NCBI GenBank assembly: GCA_040219255.1
Contig: JAVJSW010000064.1
Coordinates: 1-50,541 of the forward strand
Origin: Sumerlaeia bacterium
Lineage (GTDB): Bacteria; Sumerlaeota; Sumerlaeia; SLMS01; JAHLLQ01
Direction of reading: 5' to 3'
DNA length: 50,541 bases
Positions 10,821 through 20,378 of this stretch are shown here, in pieces; position 1 is the first letter of the stretch, and the number at the start of each line of letters is the position of its first letter. Below the pieces are notes generated by a model. The model was not told the DNA's origin. It worked only from the letters and a program-made list of their open reading frames with translations, and did no database searches. A program made the position numbers and the translations under genes.

Positions 10821-12071
10821 TCAGGACGCCGGTTTCGGGCTCTGGTACATGGCGCCGATTTGCTTTTTGATGGTCGCGATGTCGGGGGCATAGCTATGCC
10901 ACACGGGCCGGAAGGCTTGATCTACGAGAACGACATAGGGCAATTGCCGGATATTTTCCCGCTCGATGATGTCGCGGACTTCGTGGGCCGGCGTTTCGAG
11001 GCAGATGAAGTCTCGATCGAGCACAGCCACCAATTGACCGTCGCCGTGAATACGTTCCATCAACTCCTCCGTCAGGACCGAACCCGGTACGGTGACCACC
11101 CAGAGAAGCCGCTTCTTGCCCATGCTCGATTGGGAGAAGCCAATGTTTCGATCGTCGACCCAACGGAGCTTGTCCCCCCAGCGGCTTTCCACTTCTTCGC
11201 GTTGCACGCCGAGCGCGAAGCGAGGGGTAAAATTTGCCACCAACTGGCCTTTATCGAAGTTGATCCTCACGATGGTGTTTCCATGTGGATTGACTTCTTT
11301 GACGGATGGATCGGCGATCCACGAGGTATTGTCGAGAACGATCTTATACTCCAGCTGACCGGGAAGAACCGGGATGTAGTACTCGTACGCGTTGGGAACC
11401 CGGGTCGGGCGCATTCGGTGCGAGTCCCGATCGATGATCGACGCGTTGTTGGCCCACGAATCCCAGCTTCCAACGATGTGTACCTCCTCGGTCATGCGCG
11501 TGAAGTAGCGGACTCTAAGATAGCTTTTCTTGTCGTTGGGGTTCTTGATCAGCACGGGGCTCATCAGATCGTTGGAGATATAGGCCGGCCACGGCGGTTC
11601 CGTCAAAGCGAGATCGAAAACGGATCCTTTGAGTTCATACTTCCCTTGAATCTTCATCCCTTTGTAGACGTCTTGGGCGCGGGGAAGGGAATCATGACCA
11701 TAGATCCTCTGGCGGCCGCCGAGATTATAGCAAAAGGCGTGGGAACCCGGAGGAACGGGGGCGAAGAATTCGAACAACCCATCCTCGTATGGACCGTACA
11801 TCCGATATTTCGGATCGATGACCGGATCCAATCCGTTGCGGGTTCCCCACCCATTGAAGCTTCCTGTCAGGAAAATGTCTTTGTGGCCAGGTGCCACGAT
11901 CCGAAAAAGAACACCGGTCGGCTGGACGATGATGGGGAGAGGAGTCACCCCATCAGGAGGTTCCACGGGAATCTCCATGCTGGAAACGACCGCTGTCGCC
12001 TGACTTGAAACGGAAGCGGGAAGAGCAATCAAAGAGCAAACAATAGCCCAAACAAAAAGACAATATTTCAT
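10821..12071 (-). CDS. Secreted protein: two CBM48/AMPK-beta-like glycogen-binding domains plus C-terminal thioredoxin-like fold without CxxC
   Basis: Signal peptide; IFLTGSFNGW…VPPG; VHIVGSWDSW…LPGQLEYKIVLDNTSWIADP…GNTIVRI; C-terminal LRW…KRLLWVV…LDRDFICL…LPYVVLVD. Confidence 0.75.
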   Translation of the reverse strand: MKYCLFVWAIVCSLIALPASVSSQATAVVSSMEIPVEPPDGVTPLPIIVQPTGVLFRIVAPGHKDIFLTGSFNGWGTRNGLDPVIDPKYRMYGPYEDGLFEFFAPVPPGSHAFCYNLGGRQRIYGHDSLPRAQDVYKGMKIQGKYELKGSVFDLALTEPPWPAYISNDLMSPVLIKNPNDKKSYLRVRYFTRMTEEVHIVGSWDSWANNASIIDRDSHRMRPTRVPNAYEYYIPVLPGQLEYKIVLDNTSWIADPSVKEVNPHGNTIVRINFDKGQLVANFTPRFALGVQREEVESRWGDKLRWVDDRNIGFSQSSMGKKRLLWVVTVPGSVLTEELMERIHGDGQLVAVLDRDFICLETPAHEVRDIIERENIRQLPYVVLVDQAFRPVWHSYAPDIATIKKQIGAMYQSPKPAS

Positions 12072-12095
12072 TGGTACGGCTTTCTAAACCGAAAA

Positions 12096-13568
12096 TTATT
12101 GAACGGCGGACATACGGAATCTCGGGTCGAGATTCCACTGATTGAACGAACCGCGCACGTAGACGCGTCCCGGGTGCTTTGAATCTTCGATCCGGAATGT
12201 CACCTCGCCCGTCTGTGAGTCGACCCGCGGCCATTCCGTTTCCGGCAGCTTGCGCTCGGCAAAGCTGCTAGGGACTTCAAATACGGAATTGCGGAACCCT
12301 TCAACCACCCGGGCGTTCGGATTAAGGGAATCCTCGGTCCAAACGTCCGGTTCGTAGTAGAAGCGATAGAGATAGATCCCGGGCTTGAGATTCACGGTGA
12401 GTCCCAGGGTTCGCTCCCCAGCGGCGGCGGCCGAAGCCGGAGCCACCGCGGGAGCCACGGCTGGGGCGGCCTCGCCGGGCGTCTCGGCCGGCCGGGCCGG
12501 TGAGGGCTCCGCGAAGGCGAACTGACCGGTCGCATAACCGAACGCGAAAAGTCCGGCCGCCAGCGTAAGCAGGGCCGTGGCGGCCAGTCCCGTCCACTTC
12601 AAGACCCCGTTGGCCGGCTTCGCATCCGCCTTGGCGGGACCCTGCGCGGCGGGAGCGGATTGGCGGAAATCGCTGCCGTACAGGACGGAACTGGAAGAAG
12701 CCCGCGACAAGGGCGTGGGGGGCGCCCCGGCCAGAGGGGCCGCTCCCTTGGCAGGCAACACGCCGGCCTTCGGCAACAAGACTTTAAGCAAATCGCTGGC
12801 GAATTCGGCGACTCGGGAATAGCGTTCGGCCTTCTTCGCCGCCATGCCACGCCAAAGAATCGCGTCCACCGCTTCCGGCAGCACGGGGTTGGTTTTCGAG
12901 GCTGGTGGACCGCCCGGAGCGGGAAATTCCCCCGTCAGCATCCGGAAGATCAGGATCGCAAGGGAATAAACATCCGTTCTTTCATCGATATCTCCCGAGC
13001 CATCGTACTGCTCCGGCGCCATGTATCGATGCGTACCCACGGAAGAGTTTCCCAGGACAACGGTTTTTTCGCCGTCGATCTTCTGGGATATTCCGAAATC
13101 CATAATCTTGATGTGGCCGTCGGAAGTCATCAGAATGTTGGACGGCTTGACGTCCATGTGGACGATACCCTTGCGGTGAATGTAATCGAAGCCCTTGGCG
13201 AAACTGACGACGATCCGGCACCAGTCCTCCCGCTTCAGCTTCCGGTCCTTGATCCATTCCTCCAGGCTGACACCGTCCACATACTCCATCACGACGTAGT
13301 AGAGGCCTTTGTGATAACCCCTGTCGAAGACGGTAATGATGTTTGGATGACTCAGTTCGGCCAGGACCTTCGCTTCCCGGTCGAAGCCTTGGATGAATGT
13401 TTCGTCGGTGCTCAATTCCGGATTGAGAACTTTGATGGCGACCTTTCGATCCAGCTTAAGCTGATTGGCCACGTAGACCTTGGCCATGCCACCCTGACCG
13501 CAAACGCCGAGAACTTCGTACGTTTCCGCGATCACCTCGCCGGGTTCTATCGTCAGTGGGACTCTCAT
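12096..13568 (-). CDS. Hanks-type Ser/Thr protein kinase with TM helix and C-terminal CBM48-like ectodomain
   Basis: GQGGMAKVY, VAIKVL, HMDVKPSN, DFG, YMAPEQ, DVYSL; hydrophobic helix WTGLAATALLTLAAGLFAFGY; start taken at ATG 13568. Confidence 0.92.
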   Translation of the reverse strand: MRVPLTIEPGEVIAETYEVLGVCGQGGMAKVYVANQLKLDRKVAIKVLNPELSTDETFIQGFDREAKVLAELSHPNIITVFDRGYHKGLYYVVMEYVDGVSLEEWIKDRKLKREDWCRIVVSFAKGFDYIHRKGIVHMDVKPSNILMTSDGHIKIMDFGISQKIDGEKTVVLGNSSVGTHRYMAPEQYDGSGDIDERTDVYSLAILIFRMLTGEFPAPGGPPASKTNPVLPEAVDAILWRGMAAKKAERYSRVAEFASDLLKVLLPKAGVLPAKGAAPLAGAPPTPLSRASSSSVLYGSDFRQSAPAAQGPAKADAKPANGVLKWTGLAATALLTLAAGLFAFGYATGQFAFAEPSPARPAETPGEAAPAVAPAVAPASAAAAGERTLGLTVNLKPGIYLYRFYYEPDVWTEDSLNPNARVVEGFRNSVFEVPSSFAERKLPETEWPRVDSQTGEVTFRIEDSKHPGRVYVRGSFNQWNLDPRFRMSAVQ

Positions 13569-13812
13569 CGGTCGGTGGTTGTCCTGCGTCGCGTCGGATT
13601 TCTGGAAGATGGGAGTTTCGGAAGTCGAGGTGGCGGAGACAATATAGGTCATCAATGTCAAGCTCTCAAATCGAGTCATTCGTGCAAAGCCACGCCCCCG
13701 CGTAAAGCGAGACCCAAACCAACCGCCTCGCCTCTGAGAATCAATGAGTTGCGAGGATAAACCGCCTGATTGCAAAGGAGACTGTCCCTCTTTGGGTCTC
13801 TTTTTGAGACTA

Positions 13813-14619
13813 GGACCGGTCGTCAATTGAGCCACACCACCGTTGCCGCCAGGTAAATTCCGCCCAGAAAGTTTCTCGCTCGTTCATCATAGCGTGTCGC
13901 GTTCGCCCGGTATTGTTGATGCCGGGCAAAGAAATTCTCGATCAGATGGCGCCGTATGTACAGGTGCCAGTCGGACTCGCGCGGCTTCTTGACGTTTGAT
14001 TTCGAAGGGATTACGACGCCTCGACCGGCCTCCTCGATTATGTCCGCGACGCGCTTTTGAGCGTCATGGCCCTTGTCGGCGATGATCGTTTCCGGCCCGC
14101 CCGGCACCAGCAAGCCGGGCAGCAGCACGTCCGCCCCTTAATCGTCGCGGAAGTTGCCACCGGTCAGGTGAAAGGCCAGCGGATTGCCAAGCGCATCGCA
14201 GGCGGCGTGGATTTTTGTACTCAGCCCTCCTCGGCTTCGGCCAATCGCCTCGGCGGCTGCCCCCCCCTTTTGCCCCTGCGGAGTGCTGGTGAGCGCGCAC
14301 GATGGTCGTGTCCATCATGGCGAATTCGTTTGTCAGGGTTCGCGGAGAGGGCGGTGAAAACGCGTTCCCAGACGCCCGTTTCGGCCCAACGCATGTGGCG
14401 CCGATGGACGTTCTTCCAGTCGCCGAAGCGCTCTGGCAGCTCACGCCAAGGGACGCCGGCGCGGTAGCGGTAGAGGACGGCGATAGCGTCCCATTGGGCC
14501 TACTCGGAGGGCGTCGCGGCGACTGGACATGGGGAGCGGACCGCTGGTCTGCGGTTGCAGAGATGCCTAGTGCTGGCGGAACGTTGCGAACAACGGCTGG
14601 CCTGTTTGACAACAGGCCC
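13813..14619 (-). mobile_element. IS5-family (IS427-like) element, ~807 bp, degraded
   Basis: Imperfect terminal IRs GGACCGGTCGTCAA / GGGCCTGTTGTCAA (rc); TA on both flanks (13811-12, 14620-21). Confidence 0.8.
13823..14612 (-). pseudogene. IS5-family transposase, frameshifted
   Basis: MDTTIVRAHQHSAGAKGG; A4G8 slippery run at 14260-14271; IIADKGHD, YIRRHLIENFF…ATRYD; additional frame breaks. Confidence 0.85.
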
Positions 14620-16469
14620 TAATAGAGCAGCCAATTTTGAGCGGCGGCCGGGCTCAAGCCCGATGCGCTCGGATCGATAGCAAAGAGACCGCTGTTGGAC
14701 AACGTGGAGCCTTTTGTCGATTTAGTCGTACTTTCCTGATAAACGTAGAAGCGATTCTTCGAGTCGAGATCCAACCGGATGATATCTTGATTGGAATCGA
14801 GGATAAGAATCCGATCATCGGGTTCGGTCACCATATCGCCATAGATGTTAAAGAAGACAGGAGTTGGACCACCGCCCTCAGATTTGAAATCGACCGCAAC
14901 TGACACGTTCTTGGTGACATGGTCGATTCTGTATAGAACCAGGGTAAATTGGTCGAGCACGAAGAGATCACCCTGAGAGTTCGGTGTAATCATGAGCGGT
15001 TGGCTAAGGGACGTTTGAGTCCCACCATCATAGAATGAGTCCTGCAGAACGACGCTTGTATCGCCTTGGGGCGAGAAAGAGACATCGTATACCTGAATTT
15101 CGACAGGGTTCAAAGTCAGAAGCGCCAGCGCACCATCGGGCATGAGGGCGATATCTCCCCGTGCAGAGGCAAAGAATTCGTATGACGTGTTGGAGAAGAG
15201 TTCAATCTCGGCGTCGAATGCACTGAATTCTGACAGGGAGGTGCGTCCATCGCGAAGGTCAAAAGCGAGGGAAAAGAACTGATTCTCAGCAAGCTCAAAA
15301 ATATTCGTCTGGCTTGTGATGATGGGGTTGTCGGGAAAATCGGCGAAAAATGTCCGATTGCCGGTTTCCAAATCGACTTCGTATAAATCGACTGCTTTAT
15401 CGCTATGTATGCTGTCGACCACAATAAGCGATTTTGTTTCATCGCGATAGAGCACAGCGGCAGGATACTCGATTTCCGGCCCGGCGCCGATTAGCGGACT
15501 GCCTAGGGACTCGCGACCGGAAAGCAGCGTCTTGATGCCAGTGGACGTGTCGATCTGGTTTATGCCACTGCCAGGCCCCCCGACTAAACGATGGCTTGTG
15601 TAGAGTGCACGCCGGCCGAATACCGGTTCCAGGCTGTTGTCAACGGTCACAATGGGGGAATCCAAAGGCGCATTGGCAACGCTGTTGCCCGAACGGTCGG
15701 ACGCATCCGTCGTCATCCTCAAACCCAGAGTCCCGTTGGCGCTGGGGTCCTGGAGGGTAACGCGGATGTCGTAGTTGAAGAAACCCTGAGCCCCGAAGAG
15801 CTGAAATGTGGTAATTTCAGCTTGCGATGCCAAAGTCCCCACGAGTTCAAGACCCTGGAGAATCGACTGCGACAGGTCTTCACCAAAATTGATTCCAAAA
15901 ATGGATGCTTGGAACCGTAGTTCATCCAGGTACGTGGGATTATCGACAACTGAAGTCAAAGTGGCGGTGGGAGGCGTGACATCGAAACGCACCGGCGCGG
16001 CGAAAACGGCTGTACTGAAGGACTCTCCCGCTCCGTCCTGAATGTCAGTTCCGACGGACATGACCAAGACGCCCTCCGTGGTGGGATCGTCCATCGTCAC
16101 CGTCACCAGGTATTCAGGGTCTGCTCCCGTCACGTTGATCGTCGCGCCGGCAAAGGATTGACCCTCGAAGTTCAACAGAATATCATCTTCGGTAAAGGTC
16201 GGACTGACCGGTTCGGAGAACGTAACGATGTACGTCGTAAAACCGTCGTTCGTGTATTGATCAACGAGAACGGCGGGGGTTATCGGGGGTTGAATCGTTG
16301 CCGTGGGATTGGTCCCGATGCCTTTGAGAGAGGACCGGGAGGACGGGTGCTGGACCTGCTGGGCAAAGCCCTGTGCAGCGAAATGGCAAAAAAATGCGGA
16401 TATGATTACGAGCCTGAGCATAATTACTCCCAAGATGACAAAGCAATGTGAGCGGGGAAAGTCGGACAT
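14619..16469 (-). CDS. Secreted acidic protein with Ig-like domains and a beta-propeller-like C-terminal half
   Basis: Signal peptide; VTFSEPV…DVTPPT…DRSGN Ig-like motifs; propeller-like blades; ends AAAQNWLLY. Confidence 0.75.
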   Translation of the reverse strand: MSDFPRSHCFVILGVIMLRLVIISAFFCHFAAQGFAQQVQHPSSRSSLKGIGTNPTATIQPPITPAVLVDQYTNDGFTTYIVTFSEPVSPTFTEDDILLNFEGQSFAGATINVTGADPEYLVTVTMDDPTTEGVLVMSVGTDIQDGAGESFSTAVFAAPVRFDVTPPTATLTSVVDNPTYLDELRFQASIFGINFGEDLSQSILQGLELVGTLASQAEITTFQLFGAQGFFNYDIRVTLQDPSANGTLGLRMTTDASDRSGNSVANAPLDSPIVTVDNSLEPVFGRRALYTSHRLVGGPGSGINQIDTSTGIKTLLSGRESLGSPLIGAGPEIEYPAAVLYRDETKSLIVVDSIHSDKAVDLYEVDLETGNRTFFADFPDNPIITSQTNIFELAENQFFSLAFDLRDGRTSLSEFSAFDAEIELFSNTSYEFFASARGDIALMPDGALALLTLNPVEIQVYDVSFSPQGDTSVVLQDSFYDGGTQTSLSQPLMITPNSQGDLFVLDQFTLVLYRIDHVTKNVSVAVDFKSEGGGPTPVFFNIYGDMVTEPDDRILILDSNQDIIRLDLDSKNRFYVYQESTTKSTKGSTLSNSGLFAIDPSASGLSPAAAQNWLLY

Positions 16470-16530
16470 CGTTTTCGCCCGCGCAAGTGAAATGGTTTAT
16501 TTGATGGAAAAATTGACAGCCTGATGCTGG

Positions 16531-17336
16531 TTAGCCGCCGACCTCAACCGCCACCAGCGTCACATCGTCGCTCGTCAGGTTGCCGCCGGCCCATTCACTG
16601 ACATCGTCGAGGATCGCGCCTTTCAACTCGGACAGTGGAAGGGCCGCGTGACGACCCAGGCTTTCACGCAGCTGCACCAGGCCGTAGCTCTCACCGGTTG
16701 CCGGATGGGGCGCTTCGAGTAGACCGTCGGTGTAGGCAAAGAGGCGGTCGCCGGCGGCCAGGTCCAAGTGGCGGGGTGTGAACTCGGCGTTCTCGAAAAT
16801 GCCGAGAGTCAGGTTGAGTCCCTTGCGGGGCCGCCGATTGTCCACCGTGTCCCAGGCTCCGCGGCCACGGCGGTAAATCAGCACTGGCGGATGACCCGCA
16901 TAGGCCACTGTGGCCGTCGGTCCGTCGGGGGTCACTGTCACGACGACCGCCGTGCTCATGGCCTCCAGGCCCCATTGGCGGGCGCTGGCGTTCAGCATTT
17001 CCAGCACCGCTTCGCCGTCGGCCTTGTCGCGGTGCGTGCGCAACGCTTCCAGGAGCCATTCGCTCACATGGGCGACGCTCTCGCCATGCCCCGCCACATC
17101 GGCCAAGGCCAGCCGCGTCACATAGCCCCCGCCGCATTGGCCAAGGCCAGCCGCGTCACATAGCCCCCGCCGCATTGGCTGACGAAGTAGATGTCGCCCC
17201 CTTTGGAGCCGCCGCCCGCCACGCCAGACCATGCGCTGAGTGTTAGCTGCGCGGTCCGCGCGTCCACGTCCAGATTGCGCACGCCGCCCCAGATTTCCCC
17301 GCAGGACAAGGCGTGAAGGGGCATCGGCACTGCCAT
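16531..17336 (-). pseudogene. PP2C/SpoIIE (RsbU-like) phosphatase frameshifted by a 38-bp tandem duplication
   Basis: GGDIY lies in the 5' ORF; LADVAGHG, AGHPP, YTDGLLEA and DDVTLV lie in the 3' ORF; QCGGGYVTRLALA appears in both frames. Confidence 0.88.
17101..17179. repeat. Exact 38-bp tandem duplication
   Basis: GGCCAAGGCCAGCCGCGTCACATAGCCCCCGCCGCATT at 17101 and 17139. Confidence 0.97.
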
Positions 17337-17340
17337 TGGC

Positions 17341-18237
17341 TTAACCCCGCGTCTTCGTTTCCGTTGCCGATTTGCCGCCCTCGGCCACGGCCCCGCAGAG
17401 TTCCGCCTCGAAGATCGTCACGGCCTTGCCGCCGAGATGGACTCGCCGCTCGCCCGTTTCCTCGTCCGGGTTTTCCTCCAACCGGATGCGCACCGTGCCG
17501 CCCCGCCTGGAGGCCTGATAAGCCAACAGTTCAGTCTTCTCCAACCGGGCGCGCCACCAGGGGCCCAGCGCGCAGTGGGCCGAACCGGTCACCGGGTCTT
17601 CGGGGATGCCCGCGCCGGGAGCGAAGAAGCGCGACACGAAATCGTAGCGCGGCGACTTGGCCGGTGCCGTCACGATCAGGCCCCGTCCCGGCGGCCCTTC
17701 CTCTGCGATGCTGGACAGCGTGCCGAAATCGGGACGCAGCCCGCGCACGATCTCTTCCGACTCGACCACCGCGAACAGATCGAATTTTGTGCGGCCAAAC
17801 CACTCGAGATTCGTTTGCAAGGCCGCTTCGACCCGCCCGCGAAGCTCCGGCCGGTCCGACTCGGAGAAGGGTCCGGCTGGCGTCTGAGGGAAGTTCAGCC
17901 AGATCAGGCCGTCTTCCTTCTTCGCCACCAGAACGCCGCTCTTCGTGTGAAAGCGCGCGGCCTTCGCCGCCGGGAGATAGTCGTTCTCCCAGAGCACGTG
18001 AGCGCTCGCCAGGGTCGCGTGGCCGCAGAGATCGACCTCGACCGTGGGCGTGAACCACCGCAGGTCGAAGCCTCCTTCGTGCGGTACGAGAAAGGCCGTT
18101 TCCGACAGATTCATTTCCGCGGCCAAGGCCTGCATCCAAGCCTCGTCCCGCGCTTCATCAAGCAGGCACACCGCCGCCGGGTTGCCACCGAAGGGGCGGT
18201 CGGCGAAGGCATCGACCTGATAGAGGGTAATCGGCAT
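17341..18237 (-). CDS. PhzF-family isomerase/epimerase
   Basis: QVDAFA…GGNPAAV, NLSETAF, LRWFTPTVEVDLCGHATLA, EDPVTGSAH. Confidence 0.93.
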   Translation of the reverse strand: MPITLYQVDAFADRPFGGNPAAVCLLDEARDEAWMQALAAEMNLSETAFLVPHEGGFDLRWFTPTVEVDLCGHATLASAHVLWENDYLPAAKAARFHTKSGVLVAKKEDGLIWLNFPQTPAGPFSESDRPELRGRVEAALQTNLEWFGRTKFDLFAVVESEEIVRGLRPDFGTLSSIAEEGPPGRGLIVTAPAKSPRYDFVSRFFAPGAGIPEDPVTGSAHCALGPWWRARLEKTELLAYQASRRGGTVRIRLEENPDEETGERRVHLGGKAVTIFEAELCGAVAEGGKSATETKTRG

Positions 18238-18328
18238 GGAAGAACCACCATTTCCGGCACCGGATCGCGATCATGTCACCGGGCGCCAGACAGGATAGAC
18301 GAAAGAGTCGAACACCGGGGGCCAGAGG

Positions 18329-20275
18329 TCAACCTCGCCCATCGGCGGCGAGTCGCAGCGACTCGATCTTCTGCTCAAACGTTTTCAAGAATTCTTCGTC
18401 CCGGGGCCGGCCGTGGATCGCCCGATGATCGGGAATGAGGCGCTCGCCGCGCTGGGCGTCGCCTTGGCGATTGTGAAGAGCCCGCCGCAGCGCCTCCTCC
18501 AGCGCCGGCAGAACCGCCCGGATGGCTTGGCCCCACGGCTGTCGCGCCAGCCGATCCCACCCCGCCGCGGTCCGCGGCTCGTCGGGCAGGGCATCCAGTT
18601 CCGCGATCTCGGCGACCAGGCCCGGCTCCTTGGAACCCAGGCCTTCCCAGGCTTCGACGATCGTCAGTGCCAGGATCAGCGAACGGCCGAAGGCATAATC
18701 CTGAAGCGCGAGGACGCGGGATTTCTCCGTCAGGAAATTTTTCCCGATGCCCGGGGCCTGGATTTCCAGATAATACGGGTCGCCCTCAGGCGTGTAGCCT
18801 GCGGGGTTGTGCGTGCCGGTCTCTTCCAAACGCCGCTCCGCATCGAGCAGCGGTTGAAGGAACTGGGGACGTAACACCCGGGTTTCCAAGACTTCGCGTT
18901 TGGCATGATTGCGCGACCGGTACTTGCCGCCGCTGCGCAGCAATCCGTACACGTTCCCCCTCAGCATCCAGCCCGGCGTGATTTCGTTCAGCGCTGGCGA
19001 CAGATCGGGCATGGTCACGGCCGGGGTGTTGATGAGCGAAAACGGGAAGGCGACCTTCTGCGGCAGAGTCGTCACCCCCGCCGCCACCAGCGTGTAGGGC
19101 GCCTCGACGAAGTTGGCGGGGAACTTGATCCGCGTCCCCAGGCCATAGAAGCACCCCTCCCCCGCCCAATGCTCCAGGTCCGGAGCCTTGCCGCTGTGGT
19201 TCGCGCCGACCAGCGCCCCCGCGCTCACGTTGCCTTTGCCGCCGGGCCAATACGTGGCGATCAGCAGGCTTTGATGATGGAAGGCGGTGAAGGGTCCCAG
19301 ATAGGTGCTGCGGCACTCGCCCCCGGAAACGCCCGAGTTGGGGCCGATCAGGCTGCTCGTCACCAAGGCTCCATGCCGGGCCCAGGAGGATTCGCCGAAG
19401 GCCACATTTTCGCAGAAAGCCCCCTCGATCCGCACCCCGCCGCCAGTCTGCACAAAGCGCAGCGTCGCACCCTCTGACACCTCGGTGTTGTGGAGGGGGT
19501 AGGAAAAGAGACAGCATTCTTCCACCAGTTTCGCACCGTTGACCCGGCCGTAGGGGCCAAGCCCGCTGCGGAGAAAACGCGGCGTGTTCTGGACGATGGC
19601 GCCGTGGCCGAGCACCGTCTCGCCACGAGCGATTCGACGGAGCAGGCCGTCGTGGAACGCGGCGTATTCCTCGCGGACCGACGAGTCGCCGATGTTTTCC
19701 GCCAGCCAGGCCACCATGCGGCTTTCCATGGTGGGAAAGGGAGCGAAGCGGCGATTGCCGCCGCCGGGGGCGAAGGCGATGGCTCGCTCCACGCCGAAGT
19801 AATGGACGTCCGACTCGATGTCCGTCAGGACGCGCTGCATGCCCGGGCCGCCGGCGACGATGCCGCACTGAAAAATGCCCGCGGTCTTCATCAGCCGCAG
19901 GCGATACCCCTGGGCCAGCCCCCGCACGAAACAGCCGTCGCCAATCACCACGTCACGCAGGTGGGCATCTTCCAGACAGCGTTCCACGGGAACGCCGTAT
20001 TCAAGACAATGAGCGTCGCCGCTCAGGTTTCCGATCCAGCAATCGCCCGCGAAGTGAACGTTGCGAATGCGGTCGAGGGGGCAGAAGGCCGCGATCAGAA
20101 CCCGCCCCCAATCTTCGGCCCGGCAGCCCTGGGCCTCCAGTCGGCCGATGGCGCTGGCGGCGAGAGGCTGGGGGAACTCGGCGAAATAGGCGGAGTGCTC
20201 CTGCTGCGTGCAGGGCACTTCCAAGAAGGTCGGCTGGGCGATCAGGTCGGCGATGGCTTTGAGCATAATGGCCAT
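18329..20275 (-). CDS. DUF4954-like protein (left-handed beta-helix repeats)
   Basis: LEAQGCRAEDW N-terminus, hexapeptide-like repeats, GPFTAFHHQSLLIA, GANH, PFSLI. Confidence 0.75.
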   Translation of the reverse strand: MAIMLKAIADLIAQPTFLEVPCTQQEHSAYFAEFPQPLAASAIGRLEAQGCRAEDWGRVLIAAFCPLDRIRNVHFAGDCWIGNLSGDAHCLEYGVPVERCLEDAHLRDVVIGDGCFVRGLAQGYRLRLMKTAGIFQCGIVAGGPGMQRVLTDIESDVHYFGVERAIAFAPGGGNRRFAPFPTMESRMVAWLAENIGDSSVREEYAAFHDGLLRRIARGETVLGHGAIVQNTPRFLRSGLGPYGRVNGAKLVEECCLFSYPLHNTEVSEGATLRFVQTGGGVRIEGAFCENVAFGESSWARHGALVTSSLIGPNSGVSGGECRSTYLGPFTAFHHQSLLIATYWPGGKGNVSAGALVGANHSGKAPDLEHWAGEGCFYGLGTRIKFPANFVEAPYTLVAAGVTTLPQKVAFPFSLINTPAVTMPDLSPALNEITPGWMLRGNVYGLLRSGGKYRSRNHAKREVLETRVLRPQFLQPLLDAERRLEETGTHNPAGYTPEGDPYYLEIQAPGIGKNFLTEKSRVLALQDYAFGRSLILALTIVEAWEGLGSKEPGLVAEIAELDALPDEPRTAAGWDRLARQPWGQAIRAVLPALEEALRRALHNRQGDAQRGERLIPDHRAIHGRPRDEEFLKTFEQKIESLRLAADGRG

Positions 20276-20378
20276 TGGCAAAAAAGAAACATCCGGACGC
20301 AAGGGCTTCGAAAGCCTTGCGGTCCGGATGACCCAACTTCACGCGGCGAGGAAAAGCGCTAACTTCTCCGGATGCGGC

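Noticed and set aside
13569-13835. N-terminal extension of the kinase
   Set aside because: Starts inside the IS end; no homology evident.
17341-18237. Phenazine biosynthesis cluster
   Set aside because: Stand-alone PhzF-family gene; no other phz genes.
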